Position numbers and translations under genes: made by a program. Positions 36,906 to 50,754 of a stretch of 64,000 nt of DNA are shown here, one piece after another (positions within the stretch are counted from its first letter, which is position 1; every line of letters begins with the position of its first letter). Location of the stretch: NCBI RefSeq assembly GCF_023055435.1, contig NW_025963846.1:7502001-7566000 (forward strand). Direction: 5' to 3'. The notes under the pieces are model-generated. The model searched no databases. It had not been told where the DNA came from and saw nothing but the letters and a program-made list of their open reading frames with translations. The DNA comes from Haliotis rufescens (lineage: Eukaryota).

Positions 36906-38154
36906 ATCTGTCTTTTGATTGATCTTTTACTTTTCTGTATCGACCCGCCGTTGTTCTGTATCGATCTGCCACTGTTTCGTATCGATGGGCTATTTGTTTA
37001 CAGCGATCTTTCGTTGTTTTATATTGATGGGTAAAAATCGATCATTCATTATTCTGTAACGATACAACATTTTCTTTGAAGTAATGGATTGTTCTGTATT
37101 CAACTGTCACTTAGTTTCCCAGTTTATGTGACATGCATTGTCGTGATATTTATATTTCCTCTTTTGCTTTTTGATTCCTGTGAAGTAGTCAACGATATTC
37201 ACTCAAAAGCATTTCGTTAAGATATCCTTTGATATTCTGTCATTTGATGTACGATATAATAGCAGCTGACAAAAGAAAATACAATATATTAATGTAACTT
37301 CTTATACGGCTTAACATTTAGATTTTGCCATATCTTCGTCATTACTGCAGATAGAGTCGTTTAATATAATTACATTACGTCCAATGTACTAAAAGCAATA
37401 CACAAATAATTTGATGATGAACCTGATCGTTCGTCACAATCCAATCCATGGTTTAACCAGTGTATATATCAGTTTGAAGCAGGGGTTTAAGCGATGATAA
37501 ACCCGAATTTTAACTGATTCTTTTGTGAACTATCTGCCGATTTGTTCTGAGAACTTAATTGATGACGCCATATGTAATTTTCACTGACGCACACTGATGA
37601 TTTCTTGATTAAAATCGCAGTACAAAGCAGACGTAAACGTATATAAATTTAATAGATAGGTAACAAACCCACTTCAGTGTACACGGATGCTGCATGACGT
37701 TAAAAGGGTGTGTGAATGCGTCTAATGATTAGGGGTAAACATATTTTCAGTATCTAGGCAGCATGTGTCTGGTCGTTCCTGGAGCTTGTTTTTTTCTGAA
37801 TTTTTCTGATTTGTTGTATCTGTTAGTCCGGCAACAGTATGTGAATCGTGCAATTGTGTGTAAAGCAAGAAACTTGTTACGGTGGTTAGGTTATCGCAAG
37901 ATTCAAAGAAACAAACACTCTGCTTTGACGTTTGGTCGTTGCTCAGTACATTGATCACTAGATTGGATGACACCGTTGTTTACAGGGCGCCGTGGCTGGT
38001 TTATTGCTGGGGGTGGCGTTAGGCAACAAACAATTACGTCTGTTGTAAATTGTGTGAGTGGTGAGTGCTACCGACAGAGACATTCTTACCCCATTCCCGG
38101 GTGTCATCACTGATATTTAGTGCCCTATTCATATACATTTGCATGACTGTTTTG

Positions 38155-38375
38155 GCCGCTGTGCAGAGTTGCGTCACTTGGGCATGCCAGAAACCTATGA
38201 ATGTGGGTTCGAATCCCAGTTCGCCCAGATTGTATTTCTAGGTTTGTCAGAGCTTTACACGCGCTTGTTGGTTTCACCAAAGTGGTAAACATCTAAGACC
38301 TGCTTTCCTTCCACAGTAAGCTGACACGCCGTGATATAACTGTTCAAAGCGGCGTTAAACCCAACTCACTCACAC
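38155..38375 (+). mobile_element. SINE family B, 5'-truncated and diverged
   Basis: cgctgtgcagagttgcgtc..gtgggttcgaatccc..gcggcgttaaacccaactcactc. Confidence 0.85.
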
Positions 38376-38923
38376 AGTCAACAATATTGCCCTCAGTCAA
38401 CTTTGTCTTCATTTAGAAATTATTCCAAGAAAATCATTACAACTTTACAATGTTTTCTCCACAAAATACAATGTCGACAATGGATTGCTTATACATCACG
38501 TTGCTAAGGGCGTCATGCTGAGAAATATCGGTGTGAATTCTTCAGTCAGCCAGAATTACTGAAAGTAATGTCCCCGATATTTCTTTCAGGTGTGTAATCT
38601 GGGTAATACAATGTTGGATAATGAGTTACAATCTTATCTCGCCCACGTCTTTGAAATGACTTTATTATGTATCAAGTAAGGCGAGGAGAGGCCCAATTAA
38701 TTATACATCTCATTTTGGTAAACGAAATAAACAAAACAGAATATGTATTCAATATTGATAACACTTGACGTCTCGCAGGATTCACGCAAGGTAAATTTAA
38801 TGTATAATTACTATAGTGCAACACTACACATATCTATTTACATATTATATTGAAATGGTAATTTTGGGATTCTGGGATTTTGTTTCGATGAACCAGGATG
38901 TGCAAATCTCTCTCTTTCCGGAG

Positions 38924-39278
38924 ACCGCCTCCGTGGTCTAGTGGTAGAGCGTCCGCCCGGAGAGCGGAAGGTCCGGGGTTCGATCCCCGACCGCGTCATA
39001 CCAAAAGACGTTAAAAGATGGTACTTGTTGTTACCCTGTCTGGCGCTCGGCATTGAGGGGCTAAAAGAAGGACTGGTCGGCTCGGAGTCAGTATACTGTG
39101 TCTGAGTGGGGTATTCATGTTAAACTGCGGCATGGTATCTCAGTGAGCTAGCACTATAAATCGGCATTATTCCGGACTAGTACAAGCAGCCACACAAACA
39201 CACACACGTACATGCACGTCGCTATATAAGTGCAATAATCTTTGACGCGACGTTAAACCCCATTTCACCTCACCTCAC
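38924..39278 (+). mobile_element. SINE family D (Meta-like), full length, young
   Basis: 14-bp TSD ctctctttccggag. Confidence 0.95.
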
Positions 39279-39395
39279 CTCTCTTTCCGGAGCTTGTTTG
39301 ACTACGAAATGATTAAATGCTAAAGGACAAATATGAATGAAACTTAACATGTACGTAGCTGTATATGTACAAGTACATTGCTAATTGGCCAAATA

Positions 39396-39570
39396 CAGTA
39401 AACTACGGTTAAAACGAACACGCTTATAAGGAACTGACGGATATAACGAACTCACGTTTTGGTCCCGACTATTTGCTGTAGTTATGCTGAATATATGCTT
39501 ATAACGAACTACGGATATAACGAACTAAAATTAGTAGTCCCTTTGAGTTCGTCATAACCGTAGTTTACTG
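39396..39570. mobile_element. pogo/Tigger-like MITE
   Basis: TIR cagtaaactacggtta..acgaac / gttcgtcataaccgtagtttactg with TA TSD; second copy at 44358. Confidence 0.85.
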
Positions 39571-41864
39571 TACATGTAAGTTGATTTTCTTTGATGCATT
39601 ACTGCGTGCTAAGATCCTCATACATTTTACTGTGGGTTGATGTATTGAAGTCGAGCGTAGTAGCTATATTCTTCCTAAAATAGCACATGCATTATCATTA
39701 TTCTGTAAGGTATATGCAGTGATTAAAAGTGATTTATGCCCTTCATGACAAACGCATGAACATTTCGCATCCTGTCATGTACGATAACGTAGTGTCTGTA
39801 CAACCTACTGGTTCTTTCATTACATCTTGTTTTTAAAAAAAACCATGCATATTCAAATATTGGTGTAATACAAAGTATTTTAGTTCATATATACCTCATC
39901 TGATTGTTGCATTTGAATCAGCAGGTCATCCCGTGCTGGCTTATAACCTTTGCGAGTGGAGTCGTGGTCGGGATGCAGTCGTCTTCACGAAAACATATGT
40001 CAAGGAAATAAGACATTTTTTTTATTTCTCTTAATTCGGGGCAGCGACATTTTTGCAATGCGTGGTACGTCTCTAAACTAATTGGTAGTTATGCCATTGG
40101 ACCTATGGTGATAAAAAATAGTTCCTATGTGTTTAAATGTTTTTGACACGTTAAGATGCCTACCAGGCACTCAGAAACACTGCAAATGTCCAGGTAAGTT
40201 GGAATACATTCAAATGCCAATGGAAATCGTGGCTGCGTATGCACACAACATGACAGCAAAACTTCAGCCTTCCGGGGAAAGCAGTATAACCGCTCATTGA
40301 AATTCAAATTCCGCGTAACACATAATTTCGGTCGAAAAGATCGGAACGGCGCGTGGCATTTGGTATTATACTTGTCACAGATCTGTCATATGAAGTTTTC
40401 TTTCTGTGTAATTAGCATACAAGATTTAGAATTCAATAACTCGCCTTGTTGGGCGTATTTTGTCTTCATATATTTTTAACTACATATTTTTCTTTCGGTA
40501 CAAAATGAACATAATTGTTATTCTGGGGAATAGGAGGTACTAGCTTTACCTTTCTGTCCTGGCAGACACATTTGGAATCGTACAATTATTAATTCATACA
40601 GTATTGGGCATATACAATCTTGGTACTTTGATTTTCAGTTCTAGATTTATAATAATATGCTGATCCATCGATGTGTTATAACTGAAACACCAAAGGGGTA
40701 TTAATACACTTGCCGCGCGTGTCTGGACGAAAGGGATACGTCAAATTCTGCTTGCAGCTGTCCGGTTATATGCCAATTTTCTATTGCTATCCCACTGAGA
40801 TACATGGATACCCCACTCAGATGCAGTATAAAGAGCCGACTAGGCCTTGTTTTATCCCATTAATACCATCAAGTGCCGTCTGTTTACCTCCACTGCCTTA
40901 AAGAATTAGATGAGCATGACTTGTCGTACATGTTCACCGTGCATATGTCCATGTATACATACAGGGAACGTCCAAGACGATATACATGCTTTTGTCGAAT
41001 ATGTATGTCACGTACTCTGCCCCTGATATAACACAACGTAGCCTTGGAAGCAGCTTTCCTGGAGACAGTGACTGTCGGATTTCAATTGCTTCAGGATGGA
41101 TGACACGACACAACAAACCAATTTCATCTTAATCCAAGAACATCATGTGTGAAGAGATCCAATGAAAAATTCGGAATTTCAATAAAACATGAATGACACT
41201 TTACATGCGATGTTATGGGACAAGAGGATAATGTTAAGACACTGTAGTAATTGCGAATACATCAAGCTCGGAGATGTGGAGCCTAAATCTTAAACAAAAT
41301 AATTTGTGCTGTTTTTCAAAGACATCTTAATCTTCAAATCAGAAACAGACGCATGCCGTCAGATGGCATTACAAAAATGACAAAGGTCAAGAAAACAGGC
41401 AAAACATGTCACTTCCCGTACGTTATTAACCCAGCAACTGACCGTCTCAGCTCTTCCCGTTTGATCACTGTCACGTAGATCCATACGTTCTGCTACACAT
41501 TTGTCAATTTAGAAATATGTCATTGTTTCCGCGCCGGACAAGGCGCTCTTCATTTACAGGAATCTATGGATTCTGTCCGTCACATCGATTTATCAGACTT
41601 ACTTAATCCCATGTCGGACTCAATATATCACTGCCTTGAGAACGACTGGGGGGAAGCTAATTAGCACGGGCAGAGAAAAACATTCGAGAAACAAAGTATT
41701 GCCTTCACTATGACTGTTTCGGTACCAAACTACAATGTATCTGTAGTGTTGATTTGCATATGCATTTACTCATGCTCTGTTATATTCGCAACTATAAACA
41801 ACGATGGGTGATGGTGTATATATGCTTTTTACAAGCAGCAATGTTTGATGTTAATACATATACA

Positions 41865-42090
41865 TTTCAGCAACAATAGTTGATGTTGTTATATATATAC
41901 TGTTTAGCAGCAACAATAGTTGATGTTGTTATATATATACTGTTTAGCAGCAACAATAGTTGATGTTGTTATATATACTGTTTAGCAGCAACAATAGTTG
42001 ATGTTGTTATATAACTGTTTAGCAGCAACAATAGTTGATGTTGTTATATATACTGTTTAGCAGCAACAATAGTTGATGTTGTTATATGGC
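41865..42090. repeat. 35-39-bp minisatellite (cagcaacaatagttgatgttgtta(ta)n ctgttta), decaying to about 42560
   Basis: Direct periodicity with a variable (TA)n. Confidence 0.85.
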
Positions 42091-42202
42091 TTTTTTAAAT
42101 GCTATGTATGTACTTTTATTAGTAACAGTAGTTGATATTGTTAAACATGCTCTCACACCAACGATTGTTGTAGTTATATCTGCGGTTTTGTAGCAGCAGT
42201 GG

Positions 42203-42373
42203 TTGAGTGAGTGAGTTGGATTTAAAGCTGCTTTAAACAGTTTGTCAGTTTGATCATACGGCGTGTCAGCTAAGTGTGAGAGGAAAGCCCGAAGTTATTC
42301 ATGTCTACCACTTTGGTGAAACACAGGGGTAGATATGGTGCTGACAAACCTAGAACTGGGTCACCCGTGCGCC
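42203..42373 (-). mobile_element. SINE family B, deleted and diverged
   Basis: gtgtcagctaagtgtgagaggaaagcccgaag..tggtgctgacaaacctagaa. Confidence 0.75.
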
Positions 42374-44357
42374 AAGCAATGGCTAATGTTTATATATATG
42401 CGTGTTAGAAGCAGCAATTGTTAATGTTGATATGTAGACTTTTAGTAGGAACATTTGGTGTTGTTGGTATAATATATGCGTGTTAGTGGCAGCAATTGTT
42501 GATGTTGATTTATAGGCTTTTAGTGGAAGCAAGTGTTGATGTTGATATATAGGCCTTTCTGCTGCACCTTTACGACGGATGATGCTGTTAAATGTTCTTT
42601 TTCAGCAACGATACATGGTCGTGTTACTTCATTTTGGGGGCAGCAAGGATGGTTGAAGTTTTTAGACGCACACCTTGATGATAACGATGACGTTGCTGTT
42701 ATATTAACCTTTTACCACATCTGCTTTCTATCAGGAACTCCCCATGGGTGACAAATGACACTTATAATTGTATTTCCAAAGATAGAATTATTCGATTACC
42801 GACTTAGTTTGCAGCGTGATTACAGCGAAAATAATTTAATTCACAGTTGTGGGGTTTCTAGTAATATATACACATACAAACACGTAAATCTCTTATTACA
42901 AATATGGCAGTGAAGTGCACATGCGGGAGTTAACAGAGACTGACGCATGCATCCATGGGTATTACCAACTGACAGTGATACTGATTATGTGGATAACATT
43001 TTATGGCATTTTATCCTTTCACGTGCTGCTGATAAGCAATCACATGACGCATAATCTTTGTTTTTATCTCCAAATTTCAGAATTCACATGATATAATCCA
43101 TTTCGCTAAATTTAACGGAAATTCTTCCTTGTATAGAAATATTTAATAATAACAAATTTAGAACTATTTGGACTATTATTTTTAATTTATTTCACAAAAG
43201 TTGTCACTTTTCTCTTTTATTGAAGTTGGTTGGTGCAGCTGACTGACGAGTGTTTGTGATGTTTTCAACACAGCATGAAATTGGAGGTTTTAACTTCTTC
43301 ATGTATATTTATAATAACTACAAACGACAGAACCCTTTTCATATTCATAGGAAATCGCTGTAACAAAACACAGTTCATTGTACGTTTCCAACTGTATCAT
43401 GAGTATATGTTTATGAATCACAATCAAAAGGTGATGACACCAGGTGTTCGCGAAAAGGTGAGGGTATCCTGCCCCACCGATGGCATCCGTCACAAACACA
43501 TGCAAAGACAAGTCAACTGATCACCTAAAAAACACAGGATTGTATGGTACAAGTCAAAATAGGGAATTGCATTGGACATTATGTTTGTCTCTGATGTGAC
43601 AAATTTGGAAATGTCCTCCACATATCTAAAATAAAAGCTTTACTGAGGTTTTGGAAGTTTTACTCTTGATCGAACAAATTCTGGGCAAGAGTTGTATGAC
43701 GCACGTTGAAATCTTGGTAAAAAGAGAATGCTCGATTGTACCTTAAAAGCTGCGAAATGTGAACACCAAGGGTTCTGCAGGAAAAAATAGACATAAACTG
43801 AAAGTTGACTATTGGAAGATAGAAGTCATCCCTCTTGTCATATATTCTTGAGGAGAGTTTGTTTTGTCACTCTGAATCTTTACGCATAGATCTAGATATG
43901 AAACAGATGTGGTGGTCTAGCTGGTCTCCTTTAGTTCTATTCCCGGTGGATAAATCAGGTATGGTTATTTAACGAAATCAGATTATTCATACACTGGTAC
44001 CTGAAGCTTAAGTAAAATTTCTAGGCCAAATTACCTTATTTTGACCTTATTTTGGGATCGAAGAATGGCGGAATCATCGGAGATTTCTGGAAATGGTTAA
44101 GTCGCCTTTATTTAAACAAGGGTGCAAAGAAATATAGCTGTAAAATTGACATCACCGTTTCTTAACCATGATTACAAAATCTAACCTTGGACTAGAAACG
44201 TAGCTGTTGGAGTTATCTCCAAATAATGATCTCGTCCGGATATTGTGTAAATTCCAATGTCCGATGTCCGATGTCCTCATAAGTATCCTGATTATGGAAG
44301 TGTTGACGCAGCGACACTGAAGTGTAGCAAGTGTAATTATGATAAGGTCGCAGTCTA

Positions 44358-44535
44358 CAGTAAACTCCGTTTATAACGAACACGCTTATGACGAACTGAT
44401 AACTGAACTTTGTTTTTTAGTCCCGGCCATTTGTTGTATATCTGCTGCATATAGCATATATACTTATAACGAACTACGGTTATTACGAACTACAATTGGT
44501 GGTCCCTTTGAGTTCGTTATAACCGTAGTTTACCG
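44358..44535. mobile_element. pogo/Tigger-like MITE
   Basis: TIRs and TA TSD as at 39396. Confidence 0.8.
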
Positions 44536-45310
44536 TACTTCCTTTAAGTGTGTTCATCTTCTACAAAAGCAGAAACACGTCTTATACCAAGTTATTTTCA
44601 TATGCATCCATTCGGAACGACATGGTATGTTACGTTGTATAATACTTGTTTCTTCCAAGCGAAAAATAATGTACGTTTTGCTCTTGGCCATGGTGCCATT
44701 AACACCAAAATATCAATTTATCTTATGTCTTGTCTTGAGAGTATGAACAGGGCATCCCGAACATCTGAACAATTTGGAAGAGAACCCATTGTCAGTGGGG
44801 TTGACCATTTTACATGATAAGTATCACAAAAGAATAAAGAATCATAAGGAAAGGGAATATGCCATATGTACATCAAGGGTGTTTCTGATGGTCATATTGT
44901 GCCGTGTGTCGTTGGCGTTAATCAGTATGAAATATCGAAATAGTAGTGGAATGATTCCATTCATCGTTTTATTGCGTGGTGCGATCTTGGTATGATTTTG
45001 ATTTTCTTAATATATCGAGTATACAATGATGAAACTGATATGCATGTTTAAACATAAGGATTACATTAGGGTTAACCCCTTTGGGGCCTATGCCGATAGT
45101 AAGAGGCTTCCAACTGGATCGGGTGCATGTACCCTGACGGCATGGATCGTTGCTTAAAATATCGGTCCAGGCTCGATTATTCATAGGCCTCCGTCATACA
45201 GCTAGCATATGGGTGTGTGCGGCATTACAGAACAACAAATACACAATCAAACAAGCATCAGGGTTACATGTGAGTAACATCAGACTAACAGTATTCAAGG
45301 CCTTAGCAAA

Positions 45311-45624
45311 TGTGAGGTGAGGTGAAATGGGGTTTAACGTCGCGTCACGTGTATGGCTGCTTGTACTAGTCCGGACTGATGCCGCTTTATAGTGCTAGCC
45401 CACTGAGATTCAATGCCGCAGTTTAACATGAATACCCCACTCAGACACAGTATACTGACTCCAAGCCGACCAGTCCTTGTTTTATCCCCTTAATGCCGAG
45501 CGCCAAACAGGGTAACAACAAGTACCATCTTTTAACGTCTTTTGGTATGACGCGGCTCAGGATCGAACCCCGGACCTTCCGCTCTCCGGGCGGACGGTCT
45601 ACCATTAGACCACGGAGGCGGTCC
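45311..45624 (-). mobile_element. SINE family D (Meta-like) with a 3' internal deletion
   Basis: 10-bp TSD ccttagcaaa. Confidence 0.92.
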
Positions 45625-46904
45625 CCTTAGCAAAGCATTCCAGATGGTGTATGGTACACATGTGGAAGACATTTTCAAATTTGACGAATCAGCTGCAATA
45701 GTCATGTCCGATACAATTCCCTGTAACTATTTGATGGTGATTCTTGAACACGTGCCAATAACATACTAGTCGGAATTGTACAAGGGATTATGGGTGAAGG
45801 TATCGTACATCTGATTATCCAAAGTTGTCGTCGCATGTATTTCCATCATCTAGGGACCATCCCTAATGAAATGGAAGCTGTTGTTGTGGTGTATACGTAG
45901 CAAGCGGACTCGGACGGCAAAAAGATTCATGTTTATGGAGATATTACAAACGTTATTAAACACTTTAATACTCTTTCAATTAGATATTATTTGAAATGAT
46001 CAGAATCTCATATGGGCATTACAATATGCTAATGCCCGTAAAAAAAAGATTCGTATCACGAACATTTCAAACATACATGTACGCGATTGTCACATTTTCC
46101 GAAATGACCTTATCTAACGTCATCCGGATAACCGTGTTTATATATTTGCTGGCAACTTGGTTTGGACTTCAGTCGGAATGGATAGATTGTCCGGCTACGT
46201 TGCAAGCCAAACCAACATCCACCAAAGAACGTAATACTGTAATTATATGGCAGTTAGATAAGTAATAGCAACGTAAACAATCGATAATGCATGTGATGTA
46301 TATATTGCTGACACAACATTTACACTGTTTTGTGAGTAAAGGCGTCCTTGCATCATATCGGAAACAATGCTGTTGTCTGATCCCACGTATGATGAGCAGT
46401 AGGACAACATGCAAGAGGTTACGTCTTCTCACCAGACATGAGAAACATTTGTGCTGAAAACATGCCTTCATTTGTGATTCGGTAAGGTTGACAATGACAG
46501 AACTGAAAGAGAGCCAATACAATAGACTATGCACACAAAGGATATCCGTGCTGATCCGTGGGCTAGGTAATGAACAGAATGATAAGTAAGTTGATTGTTT
46601 GTCGAGAATAATCGCCTGAGACCTGTCAAAAGTTTTCTTAACTTTTCAATGTATGACAGGTTCTTTTTACAGAGACATGCGATTTCCACGGGGACAAAGT
46701 TCCGCCTCCTTCATAAATGTTCATTGTATACCAAGGTTCGTGTCTCGTAATCTTTATGATAAAGAACAGAGACACGGGTATGAGTGAATGGGGTTTTAAT
46801 GTTGTTACTAGAAAAGTGTGTCAGCGATATATGTTCAATGCCACTGTGACATAAGACTCAAACAGTTATTTTTATTGGCCATAGAGCGGGCTGCTCAGGG
46901 AAGG

Positions 46905-47420
46905 TGGTCCATGGGTGATCGCTAGATGACGTTTAGTCGGTCGCTTGATGTTCACGAGGTTGTCAAGAGCCTGTGGTTAGTTGGTCACTATGTGGTCACT
47001 AAGTGATCGCTAGAATGGTAGGAAATGATTTGGCGCTTTCTTGATGGTCGCTAACCGGTCGCTTGATGGTCATTTGGTTGTCACAGGTTTGCTGCTTTGT
47101 TATCGCTGGATTTGGGTTTGATGGTCACTACGTGGTTAAAAGGTGGTCACTTGGTGATAACTGGAGGATTGCTCTGCGGTCACTTATTGATCGGTGGGTG
47201 GTCACTAGCTGGCCGCTGTAAAGTTATTAGGCGGTCCCTTAGTGGTCGCTAGCCGGTCACTAGCCGGTCGCTTGATTGTCATTAGGTTATCGCCAAATAG
47301 CCGCTTAGTGATCGCTAGATTGCCGCTAGCCGGTCACTAGCCGGTCGCTTGATTGTTATTAGGTTATCGCCAGATAGTCGCTTGGTGATCGCTAGATTGC
47401 CGCTAGACGGTGACAAGGTG
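46905..47420. repeat. Degenerate ggtcgct/ggtcact repeat region with a tandem duplication of about 80 bp
   Basis: Repeated ggtcgctag / ggtcactag motifs; gccggtcactagccggtcgcttgattg occurs twice. Confidence 0.6.
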
Positions 47421-50159
47421 ATCTGTAACACGTCGTGTATAGTTACAGTGTGGTTGATTTGCGGTCGCTTGGAGAATCGATACACACGAAGATCGTGTTT
47501 CAACGATTCCCCAAAACACTTTAACAGTTTTATCGTTCTTTCATGCATGATGGATTCCAACATCAAAACATATTTACTTTGTTCCATCCAATTATAATAG
47601 CCGTAGACACGAAATAAACAACGGCTTCAAGTTCTAGATATGTATATGCCATTAATCTTGCTCAGCCCTTTACAGTATGACGTCATTTAAATTACACCAT
47701 CTCTGTATAAACTATATGTAACCACTATGGAGGAATAAAAGTATATATCTTATTCCAATAGCCGCTGACGCAAAGTATGCTAAGATCAACCAACCAGGAT
47801 GCATTTGGTTTCAAATGTCCAAGCAGCCAAAATGCCACTGTGCATGTTAATATTCAGCGCCTGTGTATATAGTTACTGGCAAATGTAGTATCTATCTATA
47901 GCCAGTTGCATAACACGCTGGCTAGGCAGTCGGGTCGAATCAGAGTGATATAACGTCGTATTGAGGTAAATCACGATATATATGACGAAGTAGGCAAATA
48001 TGTGGCACAGCAACGGCAGAAGCAAGTACTCCAAAATGTTTCCTTTCCTACATGTATGCATCAGGACGGATAGGGATAATGAAGAACAATTATCAGGGGT
48101 AGACAGCAAGAGTAAATCCACTTGTCCACATCTCATTTATGTTCAGTCAAGTCCTCGCAATATTTCTCGGGTCAGCGGACTGGAGACCGTGTCTATCAAA
48201 GTGAATATATGGTATGACTAGATTTTGCATTTTTGTTTCGTATCATAGGTTGGCATGGATTATGCAAAAAAATGGTGAAAAGCGAGTTCTTTGGGGCGGG
48301 TTCTGCTCACCTTTGTGTCGTTGTGAGTGTGGGTTTACGAAACTTGTAGCGCTGTGTCAGCTATAACACTGCGGAGGACAGTAGCAGTAGCGTTTCGTGT
48401 GACCATTGGTTGGAGACTTTTAGTCATAATGGCACGTATAGACTATGACGCTTGGACTGACATTCTAGACATCAATTCCTGGCAAGTTTCTTAGGCATGA
48501 CAGCTGCACCATGGGGTGATCATTTGTGGGGACATTAAGTGTCATATCCCCAGACGGAGAAGTCTGAGACTTATATGCACGGAGTTTCTAAGGAATCTTT
48601 CACATTCTGTACATCTTGATATAGAATTCCTCGTATTGGGGCACAGTGAGATGCCCACGCTGACGATCTCCGCTGTCAAATGCCTGAAATAATTCTGTTA
48701 AATCCGCGTGAAATCCAAATCATTAACGCTATATGATGTTAACAAAACACATTTAGAGTACACGTTGTCTAAGATATTTTTAGGATTGCTACCACATATG
48801 ATTTGCTTTCCCTAGAAGAACTTTTTCGAGCACCTGACGGAACAGTACTCTTACATGATGTATTCACAGAGTATTTATAAAACGATAACACCCCTTAGTT
48901 ACCGTTATTGCATCAAAGCTACACTCGAATACGTGAAACACATTTGAATCTTGTCACATACCTGCCAATTCCGTTTTCAGCAGTGACTGTACAATTGTGG
49001 TTATAGACCGATTACTATAAAAAATTATTAATAACTTGCCATGTGTGCGTGTTGATACTTATTGTTTAGATTTCAAGAAATGTATCTTCACCAAATGTGT
49101 TTCAACAGCAAATGTGTTTAATCATTTAAGCATGTGCGTCTGTGTGTTCGGTGCATAATGTTGGCAGCCAAAGATATCGATATTAAGGAGTCGACTACTT
49201 GTTTGGATTTCGGTGGCCTTCGGATGATACACAAAACTATTTCAAGGAGTGCTAAACCTGCAAATGGCACCGTCGTGCATTCGGTGTCACTATGTAGACA
49301 CTGGTGCTAATCGGTACTCTCCTAATATACAGTCTTTGAGGTTATGCGGATAACTTAATTGATTGTTTGAATTTTACATGCATATATAGATAATACTCAT
49401 ATCACACAACGTTCACGTCTACAGCCTTTTGCTTTGTTCTTTGAAGTCATGCCCTGCAACACCAACATGTACATGCTGTGTTTTCACAAGGGTGTTTGGT
49501 CTTAAGCAACCGTCCCGTCCCCAAGTGCTTGGCATTAAAGAATTGTGCCATCAAAAAGCGTTTGGCATGAAACAAACGTGTCGTAACCACGTGGCATTGC
49601 AAACATGTACGACACGAGTGCTCAGTGCAATTAGTTGGTCATTAGACAAATGTGTTGTCACCGCGTGTTTGGTATGAAACCAACATGGCTTCACAGAATG
49701 CTTGGCTCTGTGCATATGCTTTGACATGTGCCGGGACTTTGTGTTTATCTCTTATAATATGTGTTGGCATTATGTGCTCGGCTCTAAACACGTTTGAACT
49801 TGCCACTGAAATATGTTCCGACAAAAAGTGTTTAGCAATTAACAAACGTGTCATTCTATGTGATTACCATTAAACATAGTCATCCTCAAATGGACGACAT
49901 TAAACATTCGATGATACAGAGTTCTTGGTCTTGGAAAAATATGATTTTAGCAATTGATGAATGTGTAGCCACAAAGTGCGGGATATTAAACATAATCTCG
50001 TCATCAAATGTATGACATGAAACATATTCAAAGATAGAAAGATTCTTGGCATTGAAAGATGTATCGAGACAAAACGTTTAGCTCTTAACAAACATCTATG
50101 TCATGTCATAACATGTTTTGCTTAAAACGCATGTCTGGACACAAACGTTTGGATTCAGG

Positions 50160-50250
50160 TAATGTCTTGATTGACAACGGTATATGGATCTATACCGAAA
50201 CGTCGCTTTTGACAGTATTAAAGAAGATGTTATCCAAAAATTGTGTCTAC
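50160..50250 (+). mobile_element. Penelope-like terminal repeat fragment with a minimal hammerhead (U3-A8 variant)
   Basis: UUGACAA-C-GGUAUA-uggauc-UAUACC-GAAA-CGUC then ttaaagaagatgttatcca, homologous to 22280-22350. Confidence 0.6.
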
Positions 50251-50564
50251 TTTGTCAGATAATGGTGTCCACGGCTTCAGAAAAAGGATGACGACATAGA
50301 CATGACAGTCAATACCTTCTGCTACAACGTTAATAAACGTTTCAATGTTTGAGATGAGTTGAATGTTTCGATACTATGGTGTGTTACCTTCATTGGAGGG
50401 AGAATGCTCGAAATAATAGAGGTTCCTGAATTTTAACATTTTGGTAAAACCCATGTGCATGGGTATTGAAGGGCGCAGACACAGAGAGACAAAGACATGC
50501 ACACAGACACAGACACGCTCACACAGACAGACACAGACACATGCATACAGACGCACACACACGC

Positions 50565-50754
50565 ACATCTGTAAAAAATCTAGTCTGGACAAGACAATCC
50601 AGTGATCATGCGCATCGAGCGACTCAATTAGGATACGATCAACCAAATCAGCGAGCCTGACCACCCGAGCCTTGTCGCCTCTCACAAGCATAGTCGCCTG
50701 TTACAGCAAGCATGGATTGATGTAGACCTATTCTACCCCGGATCTTCACGGGTC
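50565..50754 (-). mobile_element. SINE family C next to a (CA/GACA)n microsatellite
   Basis: gacctattctaccccggatcttcacgggtc 5' end. Confidence 0.85.

Noticed and set aside
35737-36922. 345-aa and 375-aa ORFs as real proteins
   Set aside because: They are pure products of a 21-bp tandem repeat, open on both strands, with no splice or domain context
48595-48685. Possible minus-strand terminal exon AFDSGDRQRGHLTVPQYEEFYIKMYRM* (EF-hand-like)
   Set aside because: The acceptor is plausible but the loop spacing does not fit an EF-hand, and I found no in-phase upstream exon
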